Shown in pieces: positions 10,514 to 21,023 of a DNA stretch of 64,000 bases. The stretch comes from an uncultured Planctomycetota bacterium (GTDB taxonomy: Bacteria; Planctomycetota; Planctomycetia; Pirellulales; Lacipirellulaceae): the NCBI GenBank assembly GCA_963719315.1, contig CAVRBU010000002.1, forward strand, positions 2,016,001 through 2,080,000. The letters run 5' to 3'. The notes below the pieces were generated by a model. That model was given only the letters and a program-made list of their open reading frames with translations, was not told the DNA's origin and did no database searches. Both the position numbers and the translations under genes were made by a program. Each line of letters starts with the position of its first letter. The stretch's first letter is position 1.

Positions 10514-11797
10514 CTAAGCGATGTTGAAGATTTGTTCGACGTTGCCGCGGAGCACCAGTTGGCCGAAGTCGACGGCTTGTTGCTCGCTCCAACCGCGTTC
10601 GATGACAAACCGCTCGGCCAGAAGTTTGGCCAGGATCCGTTTGTACATGGCGAACTTCGGCAGGCAGAATTCGAGCTTGTAAGCGTCGCTGTAGTAGCCG
10701 ATCTGTTTGGTTTGCGGCACCGCTTCGAGTCGGGCGGCGGCGTCATGCTCGATGTAGGCCAGCGTGTTCGAGTACCACCAGTGGCCGTTCGTGACGACGT
10801 TCGGGAAAATCCAGGCGTAGCTTATCAGCTCCTGGTTCGTGACGCTCGCGAGCACGGAGATCGGAAACGTAACTTGCGGGAAGGCGTTGAACAGTTCGCC
10901 GTATTGGATCAGCGAGACGCGGCTGTCGTAGAGGTCCTGGCCTTGATAGACGCCGCCGCGATAGACGGCGCGGTTGACACCGATCATCAAGTCGAACGGC
11001 AGTTTGAATTCGGCACAGAATTCGGCGAGCGTCCAGAAGACAAAGTTGACGAGTGTTTCGGAGGATGATTTGTTGGTGGCGTCTTTAACAATACTTGAGA
11101 ACGCGGCTGCGGCGGCTTGGGCTGAGCACGGCGCGGGTGCAAACGACGGCGGCAGCGAGATCGCGCAGGCCCGCGCGCCTTTACCGACGAAGTGCATGAA
11201 CAATCGGCCGATCGCCGAACGCAGCGACGCGGCATCGCGGACATCGGTATCCGTCGCCTTTTCCAGCCGCTGCCGGACTTCCGCATTGCCGAGGTGAAAA
11301 ACGAGATCATCGGTACGCAGGCAGGGGATGTAACGTTTCGTGTCGAAGCCGGTCAGCGGGTCGTCGAAGTTGTTCGTGAGGAACACGGCATCCAGCTTCG
11401 TGCGATCGAGCACCTGCTGCTCCCAATTCGGCTGGGCCATTATCCTCCCGGCCGCGTCGTAGAGCGACTCCCAATTGCTGGGTGTCAGTTGCTCGTCGGC
11501 CGGAAAGTCAAAAAACGTGCGGGCCAATTCAAGCAGCCAACTGTATTGCACGGTGTTCCGCAGCGGCTCGATCCGGGCCACGAGGCGGCGCACTTTTTCC
11601 TTCGGTTCGAGCCCCGGCTCTTCGATCTCAGCCCGCGGCATGCCGGCCGAATGGATCAACTCCGTGTAATAGTGATAACCGAGGATATCGGCCAGCGTTT
11701 TCGACGCGGCCGTTTTGGGCTCGATGTGCGAATGCGGGTCGATGAGCCGGATGGAATCGAGCTCGGCGAAAAGGCGTTGGCGAAGTTGGTCGGACAT
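10514..11797 (-). CDS. Amidohydrolase-fold uronate (glucuronate) isomerase-like protein
   Basis: IDPHSH metal motif, GHWWY, YYSDAYKLEF; start MSDQLRQ. Confidence 0.75.
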   Translation of the reverse strand: MSDQLRQRLFAELDSIRLIDPHSHIEPKTAASKTLADILGYHYYTELIHSAGMPRAEIEEPGLEPKEKVRRLVARIEPLRNTVQYSWLLELARTFFDFPADEQLTPSNWESLYDAAGRIMAQPNWEQQVLDRTKLDAVFLTNNFDDPLTGFDTKRYIPCLRTDDLVFHLGNAEVRQRLEKATDTDVRDAASLRSAIGRLFMHFVGKGARACAISLPPSFAPAPCSAQAAAAAFSSIVKDATNKSSSETLVNFVFWTLAEFCAEFKLPFDLMIGVNRAVYRGGVYQGQDLYDSRVSLIQYGELFNAFPQVTFPISVLASVTNQELISYAWIFPNVVTNGHWWYSNTLAYIEHDAAARLEAVPQTKQIGYYSDAYKLEFCLPKFAMYKRILAKLLAERFVIERGWSEQQAVDFGQLVLRGNVEQIFNIA

Positions 11798-11850
11798 TGG
11801 CGGTATTTCGGATTTCGGATTTGAGTTTAGCGTCGGCGGCATCGCCGAAT

Positions 11851-12813
11851 TTACTGCCGATAACCTTCATGGCAATTCGTGCACGCCTTCGAGGCCTTGC
11901 CGATTGACTGGCGGGCTTGTTCGTAATTGTCAAGTTCCACCGCCGCGGCCACGTCGCTTTCGGCTTGCTTCAGGTCGCGGGCGTACTGGGCGTAGGTTTC
12001 ATCGTCCCAGTATTCGAAACCCTCGTGGCCGATGATGTCGGCGATCGTGGCGGCCATCTGCGATTCGTGTTTGATGTCGTCGCGGTGGGCGGCGAACTCC
12101 TCTTTGCTCGAAAGCCATTTTTTCAGCCGGTCTAGTTGGGCGATGTTCAGCCGTTGCATCAGCGGCGGGCGATCGGAGACCTGGCCCCAATCGGCTTTCT
12201 TTTCGGCGTCGGACGACTTGGGCCGATTGCCGCCGATCAAGTCGGCCAGGTCTTGCTTGCGTTGCGTTGCTTCCTGGAACGATTGATCGGTGCCGACCTT
12301 GCAATTGTGCCCTGCCCTGGCGAAGACATCGCGGAGCGGAGCGGCCGAATCCTTCCAGCGGACTTCTCCGTCGTATTCGGCCGCGACAGCGAACAATGCG
12401 GCCAGCACACTGAACTCGCGTCGGCAATCCTTGTAACCGCCGCCTTTGAATTGGGCCGGGGCTGTGACATCCTTCGATACTTCCTGGGCGAGACGCTTGA
12501 TTTCGGTTTCGATCGTTTCGGCATCGATCAGCTTGGACCAGCCGTTGACGGATGCGGCAGCCGCGGGGACGCCGGGTGTGCTGGACGTGGGCGAGGCGCT
12601 AGCGACGGCGCTCGTTTTTTCATAATCGGGCCGCGTGCCGACGAGTTTTGTCCGAGCGTCGGGAAAGAAGGCGTCCAGCACGTCGGCCGACCATTTCGGG
12701 GGGCGAGCACGTTTCGGGGGTGCTAGGGGTTCTTTAGCCACAGTGAGCGCAGCGCCCGAAATCGCGGTCGCCACCGCCAGTACGAATGCACTATTAGCCA
12801 AACGCGAATTCAA
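11851..12813 (-). CDS. Secreted c-type cytochrome (cytochrome c'-like, C-terminal heme site)
   Basis: Signal peptide; helical body; C-terminal CTNCHEGYR. Confidence 0.75.
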   Translation of the reverse strand: MNSRLANSAFVLAVATAISGAALTVAKEPLAPPKRARPPKWSADVLDAFFPDARTKLVGTRPDYEKTSAVASASPTSSTPGVPAAAASVNGWSKLIDAETIETEIKRLAQEVSKDVTAPAQFKGGGYKDCRREFSVLAALFAVAAEYDGEVRWKDSAAPLRDVFARAGHNCKVGTDQSFQEATQRKQDLADLIGGNRPKSSDAEKKADWGQVSDRPPLMQRLNIAQLDRLKKWLSSKEEFAAHRDDIKHESQMAATIADIIGHEGFEYWDDETYAQYARDLKQAESDVAAAVELDNYEQARQSIGKASKACTNCHEGYRQ

Positions 12814-12884
12814 GCAGGATTCTCCGCTCCGTTAATGTGCCTCGACGTATTATCGGCGGTGGCCGCGCGGCCAGCAAGCGGCAG

Positions 12885-12942
12885 CACGTGGCCGAGTCTC
12901 TCCGAGACTCGAATTCGCGTTTCGGAGAGACTCGGCCACGTG
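12885..12942. repeat. REP-like inverted repeat between divergent genes
   Basis: CACGTGGCCGAGTCTCTCCGA ... TCGGAGAGACTCGGCCACGTG. Confidence 0.8.
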
Positions 12943-12985
12943 TGCATCTACCGGGCCCGCGGCCTCTGTGATACGTTAGCTCGAC

Positions 12986-14800
12986 ATGAACCCGCAACTA
13001 CTACAGACCACGTTGGATAAGGTGAAACAGGCCGTGACCGACGGCAAGCTGACGGCTTCCGCCGCTGAAAATATGCGGGCCTGGTTGACGGAATCGCGAT
13101 ACGCCGCCTACTCCGATGAAGTGGCAGCCCACGTCGCCGACGGCAAGTGGCAGACGCTCGACGATGTGTTCTGGACGGTAATCCCGTTCGGCACCGGCGG
13201 GCGGCGCGGGAAGATGTACCCCATCGGGTCGAACGCCATCAACGATCGCACGATTGGCGAGAGCGCGCAAGGTCTCGCCGACTATGTGAAAGAGACGCTG
13301 GGCGCCGGCGCCTCGCTGTCGTGCGCAATCGGGTTCGACACGCGGCATAGGTCGGATCATTTTGCTCGACTGTGCGCCGAAATCATGACGGCGGCCGGGT
13401 TCACCGTCTACTTCTTGGGTCAATATCGGGCCACGCCGGAGTTGTCGTTCACGGTTCGCGAGAAGAAGTGCTCGTGCGGAATCATGGTCACAGCCAGTCA
13501 TAATCCACCGACCGATAACGCGGTAAAGGTGTACTGGTCCACCGGCGGCCAGATTCTCCCGCCGCACGACGAGGGCATTATCGAACGCGTGATGAACACG
13601 CAGGAGATTCATCGCGCGAAGTTCGACGAGATGCTGGCCGCGGGGCGGATCGTTCCCTGCCAGGATGAGATGGATGTGAAATTTCAGCGAGCGGTGATGA
13701 CGCAGGCGTCGCCCGGACCGCGCGATCTGAAGGTGATTTACTCGCCGCTGCATGGCGTGGGGGCGACGGCCGTGTTGCCGGTGCTGGCCGAGGATGGCTT
13801 CAAGTCGGTGGAGCTGTTCGGGCCGCACTCGAAGCCGGATGGCGACTTTCCGAACGTGCCGGGGCACGTGGCGAATCCGGAGCGGCCCGAAGTTTTCGAT
13901 GCGATCATCGCCCGCGCCCGCGAAACTGGGGCCGATCTCGCGCTGGCGACCGATCCGGATTGTGACCGAATCGGTTGCGCGGCGCCCGTTACGTCTGCCA
14001 AGGATGCGGCCTGGCACACGTTGACCGGCAACCAGCTTTGTGCGTTGCTGGCAGATTATGTGCTTGAGACCCGCCTCAAGTCGGGCCGTATCTCGTCGCA
14101 ACATTTCATCGTCGAAACGCTGGTGACGACGCAGATGGTCCGCCGCATCGGCGACAGTTACGGAGTGCGCACGATTGGCGATCTGCTCGTGGGCTTCAAA
14201 TGGATTGCTCAAGCGATCGATCAATACGGGCCCGACTTGTTCATTTTCGGCACCGAAGAATCGCACGGCTACATGGCGGGCAACTACGTTCGCGACAAAG
14301 ATGGCGCGGTGGCTTCCATGCTGTTGTGCGAGCTGGCGGCCACGCTCAAGGCGGCCGGCCAAACGCTGCATGAAAAGTTGGACGCGCTGTTCTGGCAACA
14401 TGGCGCACATCTGGAAAAAACTATTTCCGTGCAGATGCCGGGGAGCGAAGGAATGACCCGCATGCAAGAGGTGATGGCCGAGTTTCGCGCCGGTCCGCCG
14501 GCCGAGATCGGCGGCGACCGCGTCGCGCAAATGCGCGATTACGAGCGGCAAACCGTGACGGCGGCGGGTGGAAAGCCGCAGCCACTCGCGGGCCCGCAGG
14601 GCGATCTCGTGTTCTTTGACCTGGCCACAAGAGGCAACTATTTAGCCTGCCGGCCCAGCGGCACGGAGCCGAAAATCAAGATCTACCTGTTCGGGTACAT
14701 ACCGCCGGAGCAGTTGTCGAATCTCGACGCTGCGAAATCTCAACTAGACGAGCGCCTCCGCCGCATGGAGGCCGATCTCCGCAAATTCGCCGGCATGTGA
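12986..14800 (+). CDS. Phosphoglucomutase/phosphomannomutase
   Basis: FGTGGRRG, TASHNP, DPDCDR, EESHG, RPSGTEPKIK. Confidence 0.95.
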   Translation: MNPQLLQTTLDKVKQAVTDGKLTASAAENMRAWLTESRYAAYSDEVAAHVADGKWQTLDDVFWTVIPFGTGGRRGKMYPIGSNAINDRTIGESAQGLADYVKETLGAGASLSCAIGFDTRHRSDHFARLCAEIMTAAGFTVYFLGQYRATPELSFTVREKKCSCGIMVTASHNPPTDNAVKVYWSTGGQILPPHDEGIIERVMNTQEIHRAKFDEMLAAGRIVPCQDEMDVKFQRAVMTQASPGPRDLKVIYSPLHGVGATAVLPVLAEDGFKSVELFGPHSKPDGDFPNVPGHVANPERPEVFDAIIARARETGADLALATDPDCDRIGCAAPVTSAKDAAWHTLTGNQLCALLADYVLETRLKSGRISSQHFIVETLVTTQMVRRIGDSYGVRTIGDLLVGFKWIAQAIDQYGPDLFIFGTEESHGYMAGNYVRDKDGAVASMLLCELAATLKAAGQTLHEKLDALFWQHGAHLEKTISVQMPGSEGMTRMQEVMAEFRAGPPAEIGGDRVAQMRDYERQTVTAAGGKPQPLAGPQGDLVFFDLATRGNYLACRPSGTEPKIKIYLFGYIPPEQLSNLDAAKSQLDERLRRMEADLRKFAGM

Positions 14801-14826
14801 CGATCGCGGCTCAAACAACGTTGCGA

Positions 14827-15669
14827 TCAGCTCTTGGGTTTCACCGCATAGATTTTGACGCTGGCCGCGAAGTCGTTGACATTGTAGCGGGCCAATAAGT
14901 CGCCCAGCTCGCTATGCAGTTCCGTTGAACAACTAGAAACAATTGGCAGGCCGCTGCTCATTGACGGCGAGCAGCAGCCCGATTGTCCTTCCACTTTGGC
15001 ATAAGCGTTCAAGTCGGACTCGCTGTCGATGATCTGGACTGCATCGAAGCCGGCGGCCGCGAGCCCGGATCGGTAGTCGTCAATCATGATGGCCCCGGCA
15101 ATGCAACCGACGTAGGCCATGAGATCGTTGCCAATCTCTGGCGGTAGAGGTTTCTTGAGCGCAATGTCGCTTACCGCCAATCGTCCACCCGGTTTTAGCA
15201 CGCGGGCAATCTCTCGGAAAACTGCCGCCTTGTCGGACGCGAGATTGATGACGCAATTGCTAATCACGCAATCAACCGACGAATCTGGCAATGGAAGTTT
15301 GTCGATAGTAGATTTGTGAAACGCCACATTTGTACGACCGGCAGCATTGCGCTTTGCCAAGTCGAGCATTTCATCGGTCATGTCGATACCGATCGCCTTG
15401 CCGGCCGGACCAACCTTGTCGGCTGCCAGGAACACGTCTAAGCCGCCGCCGCTCCCAAGGTCAACAACCGTTTCACCCGGTCGCAAGCTGGCAAACGCCG
15501 TGGGGTTCCCGCACGAAAGTCCCATGTTGGCTTCGGCGGGAATGGACGCCAATTCCTCGGGCGAGTAGCCGAAGGCTTCGGCCACGGCACGAACGCCATC
15601 TTGATTGGTAGATATTCCGCTGGTCGCCACCGACGCATACTTCTCTCGAACTACGTCTTCAATCTTCAT
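14827..15669 (-). CDS. arsM: Arsenite S-adenosylmethionine methyltransferase
   Basis: [32 protein letters not shown]; ars operon context. Confidence 0.92.
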   Translation of the reverse strand: MKIEDVVREKYASVATSGISTNQDGVRAVAEAFGYSPEELASIPAEANMGLSCGNPTAFASLRPGETVVDLGSGGGLDVFLAADKVGPAGKAIGIDMTDEMLDLAKRNAAGRTNVAFHKSTIDKLPLPDSSVDCVISNCVINLASDKAAVFREIARVLKPGGRLAVSDIALKKPLPPEIGNDLMAYVGCIAGAIMIDDYRSGLAAAGFDAVQIIDSESDLNAYAKVEGQSGCCSPSMSSGLPIVSSCSTELHSELGDLLARYNVNDFAASVKIYAVKPKS

Positions 15670-16034
15670 GGCAATAGCTCCTTAACCTTGGCTCGAATTA
15701 GATCCCGTACTTCGCGAAATTGTTCAGGCGACATTGCTTTGGGGTCGGGGATATTCCAGTCTTCCCGGCGGGTGGCGCGAAGATTGGGGCATTGGTCGCC
15801 GCAGCCCATGCTTACCGCCAGGTCAAACGTCACGTCGGGAAGATCGTCGATCGATTTGGATTTGTGGGTCGATAAGTCATAGCCGAGTTCCCGCATTGCT
15901 TCGATCGCTTTGGGATTTACCTTGCCCGATGGCCGCGAACCGGCGCTGAACGCTTCAATTCCTTCCATGCGGGCGAAAGCTTCCGCCATCTGGCTCCGAT
16001 TCGAGTTTTCGACGCACACAAAAACGGCCTTCAT
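15666..16034 (-). CDS. arsC: Arsenate reductase (LMW-PTP type, thioredoxin-coupled)
   Basis: [35 protein letters not shown] overlaps on both sides. Confidence 0.9.
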   Translation of the reverse strand: MKAVFVCVENSNRSQMAEAFARMEGIEAFSAGSRPSGKVNPKAIEAMRELGYDLSTHKSKSIDDLPDVTFDLAVSMGCGDQCPNLRATRREDWNIPDPKAMSPEQFREVRDLIRAKVKELLP

Positions 16035-16664
16035 GTTGTCACCCTGTGGCACAGTACACCGACGGCCGAGCCGACAATCGGCGCGGAAATGTAAATCCAG
16101 AACGTCGGCGATTGCACCGCTCACCACTGCTGGAGCAAGCGAGCGTGCGGGATTCATGGACGCGCCGGAGATTGGCCCGGCGAACATCGCCTCGAAAGCG
16201 ATGACGCCGCCGATGGCGACGCCCGCGAGCAACCCCTTTTCCTTCGGCCCCGTCGCGACCCCCAGAATCACGAACATGAGCATCGCGGTTAACACGCATT
16301 CCAGCGTGAAAGTTTGAACGGCAGACCCGGCCGGATGTGTTGCCCCGAGAGTCGGATGGGTAAACATCAGCCACAGTAGGCCGCTGGCAGCAAACGCGCC
16401 GGCAATCTGGCTTGCCACGTAAGGTGCAATTGCTGCTGCCGGCAATCGGCGCGCGAACCAAAATCCCAGCGTTACGGCCGGGTTTAAATGCGCTCCGGAC
16501 GTGTCGCCAACGGCGTAAAACATCGACATAACGACCAGCCCAAATGTCAGCGCAATTCCGACATGCGTTATCTTCCCGCCAGATAAATCGTCAATGACAA
16601 TCGCGCCAGTTCCAGCAAAGACGAGGCAGAATGTACCGATGGCTTCAGCGATGTATTTCTTCAT
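16031..16664 (-). CDS. MIP-family aquaporin/aquaglyceroporin (arsenite channel); +1 frameshift near 16100
   Basis: Two NPA boxes (HLNPAVT, SMNPARS); removing one base restores WIYISAPIVGSAVG...* overlapping the arsC ATG. Confidence 0.88.
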
Positions 16665-16666
16665 CG

Positions 16667-16996
16667 TTAGCAGCACTTCGGTTTGAGCCTCTTTGCGTCC
16701 TTCGCAAGCTCAGGAACTTCCTGAAAGCAACAGCGTAGACACTCGATTAGCTTTGCGTGTAACTTGGTTTCCGGATCGGCAAGCTTGTAATGCATCCACA
16801 GTCCGTCTTTTCGTGCTTCGACGAGTCCGGCTTTTCGCAGATAGGCTAAATGCCGGGACACCGAAGGCTGTGGGATGTCGAGTGTGCTGACGATGTCGCA
16901 CACGCACAATTCACCCCGCAGGAGCAAATTCAAGATGCGAAGTCGGGTGCGATCGGCGAATGCCCGAAACATCGAATTCGCGGAGATGGCTTTCAT
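16667..16996 (-). CDS. arsR: ArsR/SmtB metalloregulator
   Basis: FRAFADRTRLRIL, ELCVCDI, SRHLAYLR, terminal CC. Confidence 0.93.
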   Translation of the reverse strand: MKAISANSMFRAFADRTRLRILNLLLRGELCVCDIVSTLDIPQPSVSRHLAYLRKAGLVEARKDGLWMHYKLADPETKLHAKLIECLRCCFQEVPELAKDAKRLKPKCC

Positions 16997-17017
16997 ATAT
17001 TCGCCTGAGCGAATATA
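16996..17017. promoter_or_regulatory. Putative ArsR operator
   Basis: Perfect inverted repeat TATATTCGC-ctga-GCGAATATA abutting the arsR start codon. Confidence 0.75.
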
Positions 17018-17165
17018 GTTTTAGCGGCGCTTCAGGGATCGCACAAGACGGATCCCGCAACGGTTCACTTTTTCTATCGCGGCCTGCCTGCAGGAAATTG
17101 CCGCGATTTCCGCGTTAGTCGACTGGGCAGGATTTATGACACATGCCTGCTAGAATTGTGTTCGT

Positions 17166-18560
17166 ATGGCCCGTAGTGATGATTCAAGCGAGAACGAAAC
17201 GACGCCGAGCGATGTCAACTTGCCCGTGAAGTTGTCCAAGACGCAGGCGGAGTTTTTTGCCCGCGCGGCGGAGAAGGTCCGGAGCAAGTTTCCGTCGGCG
17301 CCAGGCGTCTACATATTTCAGGACCAGGCCGGCCGAGTGTTGTATATCGGCAAGGCGAAGGACTTGCGGGCCCGCGCGGGGAGCTATTTCCTGGCGGCTG
17401 CAGCCGAGGACCAGCGGACGGCCCGGCTGGTGCGCGAAGCATATGACGTTGATTTCGTGGAAACGGAGAGCGACGTTGACGCGCTATTGATGGAAGCGCG
17501 ATTGGTCAAAGACATCCAGCCCAAGCACAATCGCGATCTTCGCGACGACAAAAGTTTTCCGTACTTGCAAATCACGACGCACGAGGATTTTCCGCGGATT
17601 GAAGTCACCCGCCAGCCCCACACGAGCGGCGTCAAGCTGTACGGGCCGTTCGCGAACGCCGGCAGTTTGCGGGGGGCCGTGCAGGCGTTGCAAAAGGTGT
17701 TCAAGTTTCGCACGTGTTCGTTGGACATCGAGGCCGACGACACGCGGTGGCGGTGGTTTCGGCCCTGCTTGCTGGCGTCGATCAACCAGTGCACGGCGCC
17801 ATGCAATCTGCGGATCGGCAAGGAGGAATACCGCAACGACATCAAGCGGCTGCGGATGTTTTTGGAGGGGAACCGCAAGAAACTGCTCAACGACATGCGG
17901 GCGGAGATGGCCGAAGCGTCGGCCAAGTTGCGTTTCGAACAGGCTGCGCGGCTGCGCGATGAAATTGTAATGATCGAACGCCTCGGTGAGCGCGGCGAAA
18001 TCGATACGCACGAGCAGCCCGAAGTCTTTTTCATCGATCCCAAAAAAGGCCTCGCGGGCTTGCAGAAGATTTTCAAGCTGGAAACACGGCCGCGGAATAT
18101 CGAGGGCGTTGATATCGCGCATTTAGGTGGAACCGAAACGGTCGCCAGCCTGGTGCAATTCCTGGATGGGCTGCCGTTCAAGCCGGGTTACCGGCGGTTT
18201 CGGATTCGCGACGTGGAAGGCATCGACGATTACGCGAGCATCCGCGAAGTCGTGGCGCGGCGCTTCCGGAAGCTGCGGGCCGACGGCGATGTATTCCCGG
18301 ACGTGCTGCTGGTCGACGGCGGCCTCGGCCAGTTGCGGCGGGCGATAGAGGCCTTCAAAAAGTTGGAGATCAAGCCGCCGCTCGTCCTCTCGCTCGCCAA
18401 GAAGGAGGAACTAGTGTACGTGATGAACCGCACGAAGCCGCTGCGGCTGAGCCGGCGTTCGTACGCGTTGCGGCTGTTGCAGTACGTGCGCGACGAGGCC
18501 CACCGGTTCGCGCAGCACTACCACCATCTGCTGCGGCGAAAGCGGACGCTGGGCGAGTAG
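17166..18560 (+). CDS. uvrC: Excinuclease ABC subunit C (short form lacking the C-terminal HhH)
   Basis: GIY-YIG (PGVYIF..LYIGKAKDLR), Cys cluster, UVR domain (FEQAARLRD), EGVDIAH, VDGG, RDEAHRFA. Confidence 0.93.
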   Translation: MARSDDSSENETTPSDVNLPVKLSKTQAEFFARAAEKVRSKFPSAPGVYIFQDQAGRVLYIGKAKDLRARAGSYFLAAAAEDQRTARLVREAYDVDFVETESDVDALLMEARLVKDIQPKHNRDLRDDKSFPYLQITTHEDFPRIEVTRQPHTSGVKLYGPFANAGSLRGAVQALQKVFKFRTCSLDIEADDTRWRWFRPCLLASINQCTAPCNLRIGKEEYRNDIKRLRMFLEGNRKKLLNDMRAEMAEASAKLRFEQAARLRDEIVMIERLGERGEIDTHEQPEVFFIDPKKGLAGLQKIFKLETRPRNIEGVDIAHLGGTETVASLVQFLDGLPFKPGYRRFRIRDVEGIDDYASIREVVARRFRKLRADGDVFPDVLLVDGGLGQLRRAIEAFKKLEIKPPLVLSLAKKEELVYVMNRTKPLRLSRRSYALRLLQYVRDEAHRFAQHYHHLLRRKRTLGE

Positions 18561-18563
18561 GTG

Positions 18564-18668
18564 CCTGAGCAGTTTTGCCAGCGGGGGTAGCACCGACTTT
18601 CGGCCGTGGAGAATTGTTTGGGAACGCAACGCACCGGCGGCCGAAAGTCGGTGCTACCCGTGCTCAGG
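18564..18668. repeat. GTAG-type REP inverted pair after uvrC
   Basis: GGGTAGCACCGACTTTCGGCCG ... CGGCCGAAAGTCGGTGCTACCC with outer CCTGAGCA/TGCTCAGG. Confidence 0.8.
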
Positions 18669-18930
18669 AGAATTTGGAACTTTCGGCGAACTCGATTTTA
18701 TATTCCATAAGTCGCTAATATTGGATCGGTCGCGTTGCGAGAAACGCGGGAAAACAGGTTCAGTGGAACCGATCACGACTTGATTCTCTATGGCTGGACG
18801 AAGTAATGTTCGTCGATTTGAGCGCATGGTTCGCGGCTAAGTACTGCGAGCCTCAAGTTGGGAAATGGGTGCGTCTTGCACTATCAGAAATGTAGAATAA
18901 CCACGTTCTTCCCACCTACCACTCTATGGG

Positions 18931-19365
18931 CTACTTCGTACGCTTGCTGAGTTCCTCTCGAAGCTTTGTCACTTCGAATTGCAATGCTTCGATCTTGGCA
19001 TCGTGGATTTCGTCCTTCACAAACCGAATCCTTGGTCGCAATCGCGAGTATACGGAAGCGAGAGACAAGGGCCAAACGATATTTGCAATTACGAAGACCA
19101 CTCCGAGCGTAACAGACAAGGCATTCGCGTTGTTGTCGAATGGATCGAATGCACCAACGATTTGAGACCCCCCAACAAACATGAGAATCATTGCCAGCAC
19201 CAACGCCCCCCAGCACACATGAAACGTGATCTTTTCCATACGCAAAGCTCGGGTCAACGCTGTTTCGAGATTCATTCGATACTCCTCATACTCAGATTTG
19301 TCCAGGCGTTCTTCGCGAAGGAGCCGTTCTCCTAGCGAATCCGTGTGTTGTGACTGCTCAGCCAT
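18931..19365 (-). CDS. Two-TM membrane protein, putative anti-sigma factor
   Basis: Overlaps the ECF stop codon; two hydrophobic helices plus a C-terminal coiled coil. Confidence 0.65.
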   Translation of the reverse strand: MAEQSQHTDSLGERLLREERLDKSEYEEYRMNLETALTRALRMEKITFHVCWGALVLAMILMFVGGSQIVGAFDPFDNNANALSVTLGVVFVIANIVWPLSLASVYSRLRPRIRFVKDEIHDAKIEALQFEVTKLREELSKRTK

Positions 19366-19909
19366 CTTGGAACTCCTCAAGTTCTCGCCGCAACACTCGC
19401 CGAGCGTGATGCAAACGGGACTTGACGGTCCCGTCACTGCACCCCAGGACTTCGGCGATCTCTTTCACTGTCATGTCTTCCAGAAATCGAAGCGTCAGAA
19501 TGCGACGATGATCGACGGACAAACGTTTCAGACCGACGTGTACCAATTCCGCATTGTCAAAGACAGACTCGGCGTCGCCCGCATCTTGACTGGCGGAGCA
19601 TTCGTCGACGTTTTCAACCAACAGAGGCTGGCGAGTCTTTTTGCGAAGTTCGCTGACGGCTTTGTCGTGAGCGATACGGTATACCCATACACGAAACGCC
19701 TCGGCAGATTTCAAGGTAGGAAGTTTTCGATGTGCCGTAAGCCATACTGCCTGTAGAACGTCGAAGGCCGAATCATCTTTACCTAGAATCCTTCGCACGA
19801 AGTAAAGTAATCGACGGTCGTATGCTTCAACCAACCATGAAAACGCCGCTCGATCACCCTTGCGAGCTAGCAGGACAGTTTCGCGTTCGTTAGCAAACTC
19901 GTCGACCAT
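19358..19909 (-). CDS. ECF sigma-70 factor
   Basis: GDRAAFSWLV, FRVWVYRIA, EIAEVLGCSDGTVKSRLHHAR. Confidence 0.92.
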   Translation of the reverse strand: MVDEFANERETVLLARKGDRAAFSWLVEAYDRRLLYFVRRILGKDDSAFDVLQAVWLTAHRKLPTLKSAEAFRVWVYRIAHDKAVSELRKKTRQPLLVENVDECSASQDAGDAESVFDNAELVHVGLKRLSVDHRRILTLRFLEDMTVKEIAEVLGCSDGTVKSRLHHARRVLRRELEEFQDG

Positions 19910-19955
19910 TGTTGGCGGATTCTGACACCATCTTGTTCGGCATTCATACGTCTAC

Positions 19956-19980
19956 GTCGCTTTGAACAACGATTTGGTTC
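19956..19980 (-). promoter_or_regulatory. Putative ECF autoregulatory promoter
   Basis: Minus strand GAACC-N16-CGAC just upstream of the ECF gene. Confidence 0.45.
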
Positions 19981-20166
19981 AAAAATTCTGAGAAGTTTTT
20001 ACCCGGAAAGCAGGGCGTGGGCTGGCTTGAATGGATTGAAAAGGCAGACGAATAAACCAACGCAGGAACAGCAGCGTGGCGTGGGCGAGCCGGATAGCGG
20101 TGTCAGGAAGCGATTCGCAGATTACGGCTTGTCGACAAGTAGGGCGGAAGAAGCCCGCCAGATTAA

Positions 20167-20418
20167 TCATGCCGACTTAATCAGCGTTCGCACCGCGAGC
20201 ACTTCGTCGGCATGGAGCGGTTCGATATCGGCGGCGTTGACGACTACGACTTGCAGTGAGTCGCCGAGCGCGTTGGTCACCTCGAGGACGAAACCTCCGG
20301 GGCCGCACGCGGGATGTGGAACTTTGTCGACGAGCGTGGCGACGTCGCCGCGTTTCAGGCCGTGTTCGTTCAAATCGCGGGTGAGTGCAACGCGGTCGTA
20401 AAGTGCCAGGTTGTTCAT
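20167..20418 (-). CDS. DUF4926-like small protein
   Basis: LYDRVALTRDLNEHGLKRGDVATLV..LEVTNALG; ATGA-coupled to the upstream gene. Confidence 0.7.
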   Translation of the reverse strand: MNNLALYDRVALTRDLNEHGLKRGDVATLVDKVPHPACGPGGFVLEVTNALGDSLQVVVVNAADIEPLHADEVLAVRTLIKSA

Positions 20419-20744
20419 TTCTTGCTCTGAGGCTTCAGCGTTACCAAGTGAAAAGTGCCGTCTATGTTCCATTGTAGCCAGATCAGCACCACCAATAGAG
20501 GGCGACCGTTCGGTCCTGCGAGTTCACCTTCGACTCGGAAAAAAGTACCGTATTCGTTCTGTCCGTCCTCGAACGCATCGACGCTGCCGGCCAGACTGCG
20601 GATGGCACGACCCAATGCAGCAGAATCCGCGAGTGAAAAGCCCGCTCGGGCAAGAAACTCCGACTTATCATCCCAGGGACGAGGAATGAGCAGGTATTGA
20701 TTGAGCTTTTCGGCGGGGATGACCGCGTCTGGTGGTATTCGCAT
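20415..20744 (-). CDS. DUF6883-like protein (partner of DUF4926; putative toxin-antitoxin-like pair)
   Basis: AVIPAEKLNQYLL..DDKSEFLARAGF..GELAGPNG..IW..LVTL. Confidence 0.65.
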   Translation of the reverse strand: MRIPPDAVIPAEKLNQYLLIPRPWDDKSEFLARAGFSLADSAALGRAIRSLAGSVDAFEDGQNEYGTFFRVEGELAGPNGRPLLVVLIWLQWNIDGTFHLVTLKPQSKK

Positions 20745-21023
20745 GAGGGCTCTGATTATCCCTGCGTCCGCCCCCACAGCAATTGGGGTCAGAGCAATAT
20801 GCAACTTTGGCTTTCGTTGACACTTGCTGGCGTAGCCGTTAGTCTAAGAGATACCTAGAGTTAGCACTTTTCCGATGGTTTTTTGGGGAGCCGTCGGCGA
20901 GTTTCTCCGAAGCTCGCATTCCGCGGCGGACGCGGCCTCGTGGCGCGGCTGCAACATCCGGGGTAGCGGCACACGAATAGAATATCGGTTGAGCAAACAG
21001 AGCTTTCAGTTGAGCGCTGGAAC

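Noticed and set aside
15666..16676. Apparent aquaporin-ArsC fusion (336-aa ORF)
   Set aside because: Removing one base near 16100 restores the normal aquaporin last helix and a TGA overlapping the arsC ATG. The joining segment is not protein-like, so this is probably a sequencing error.
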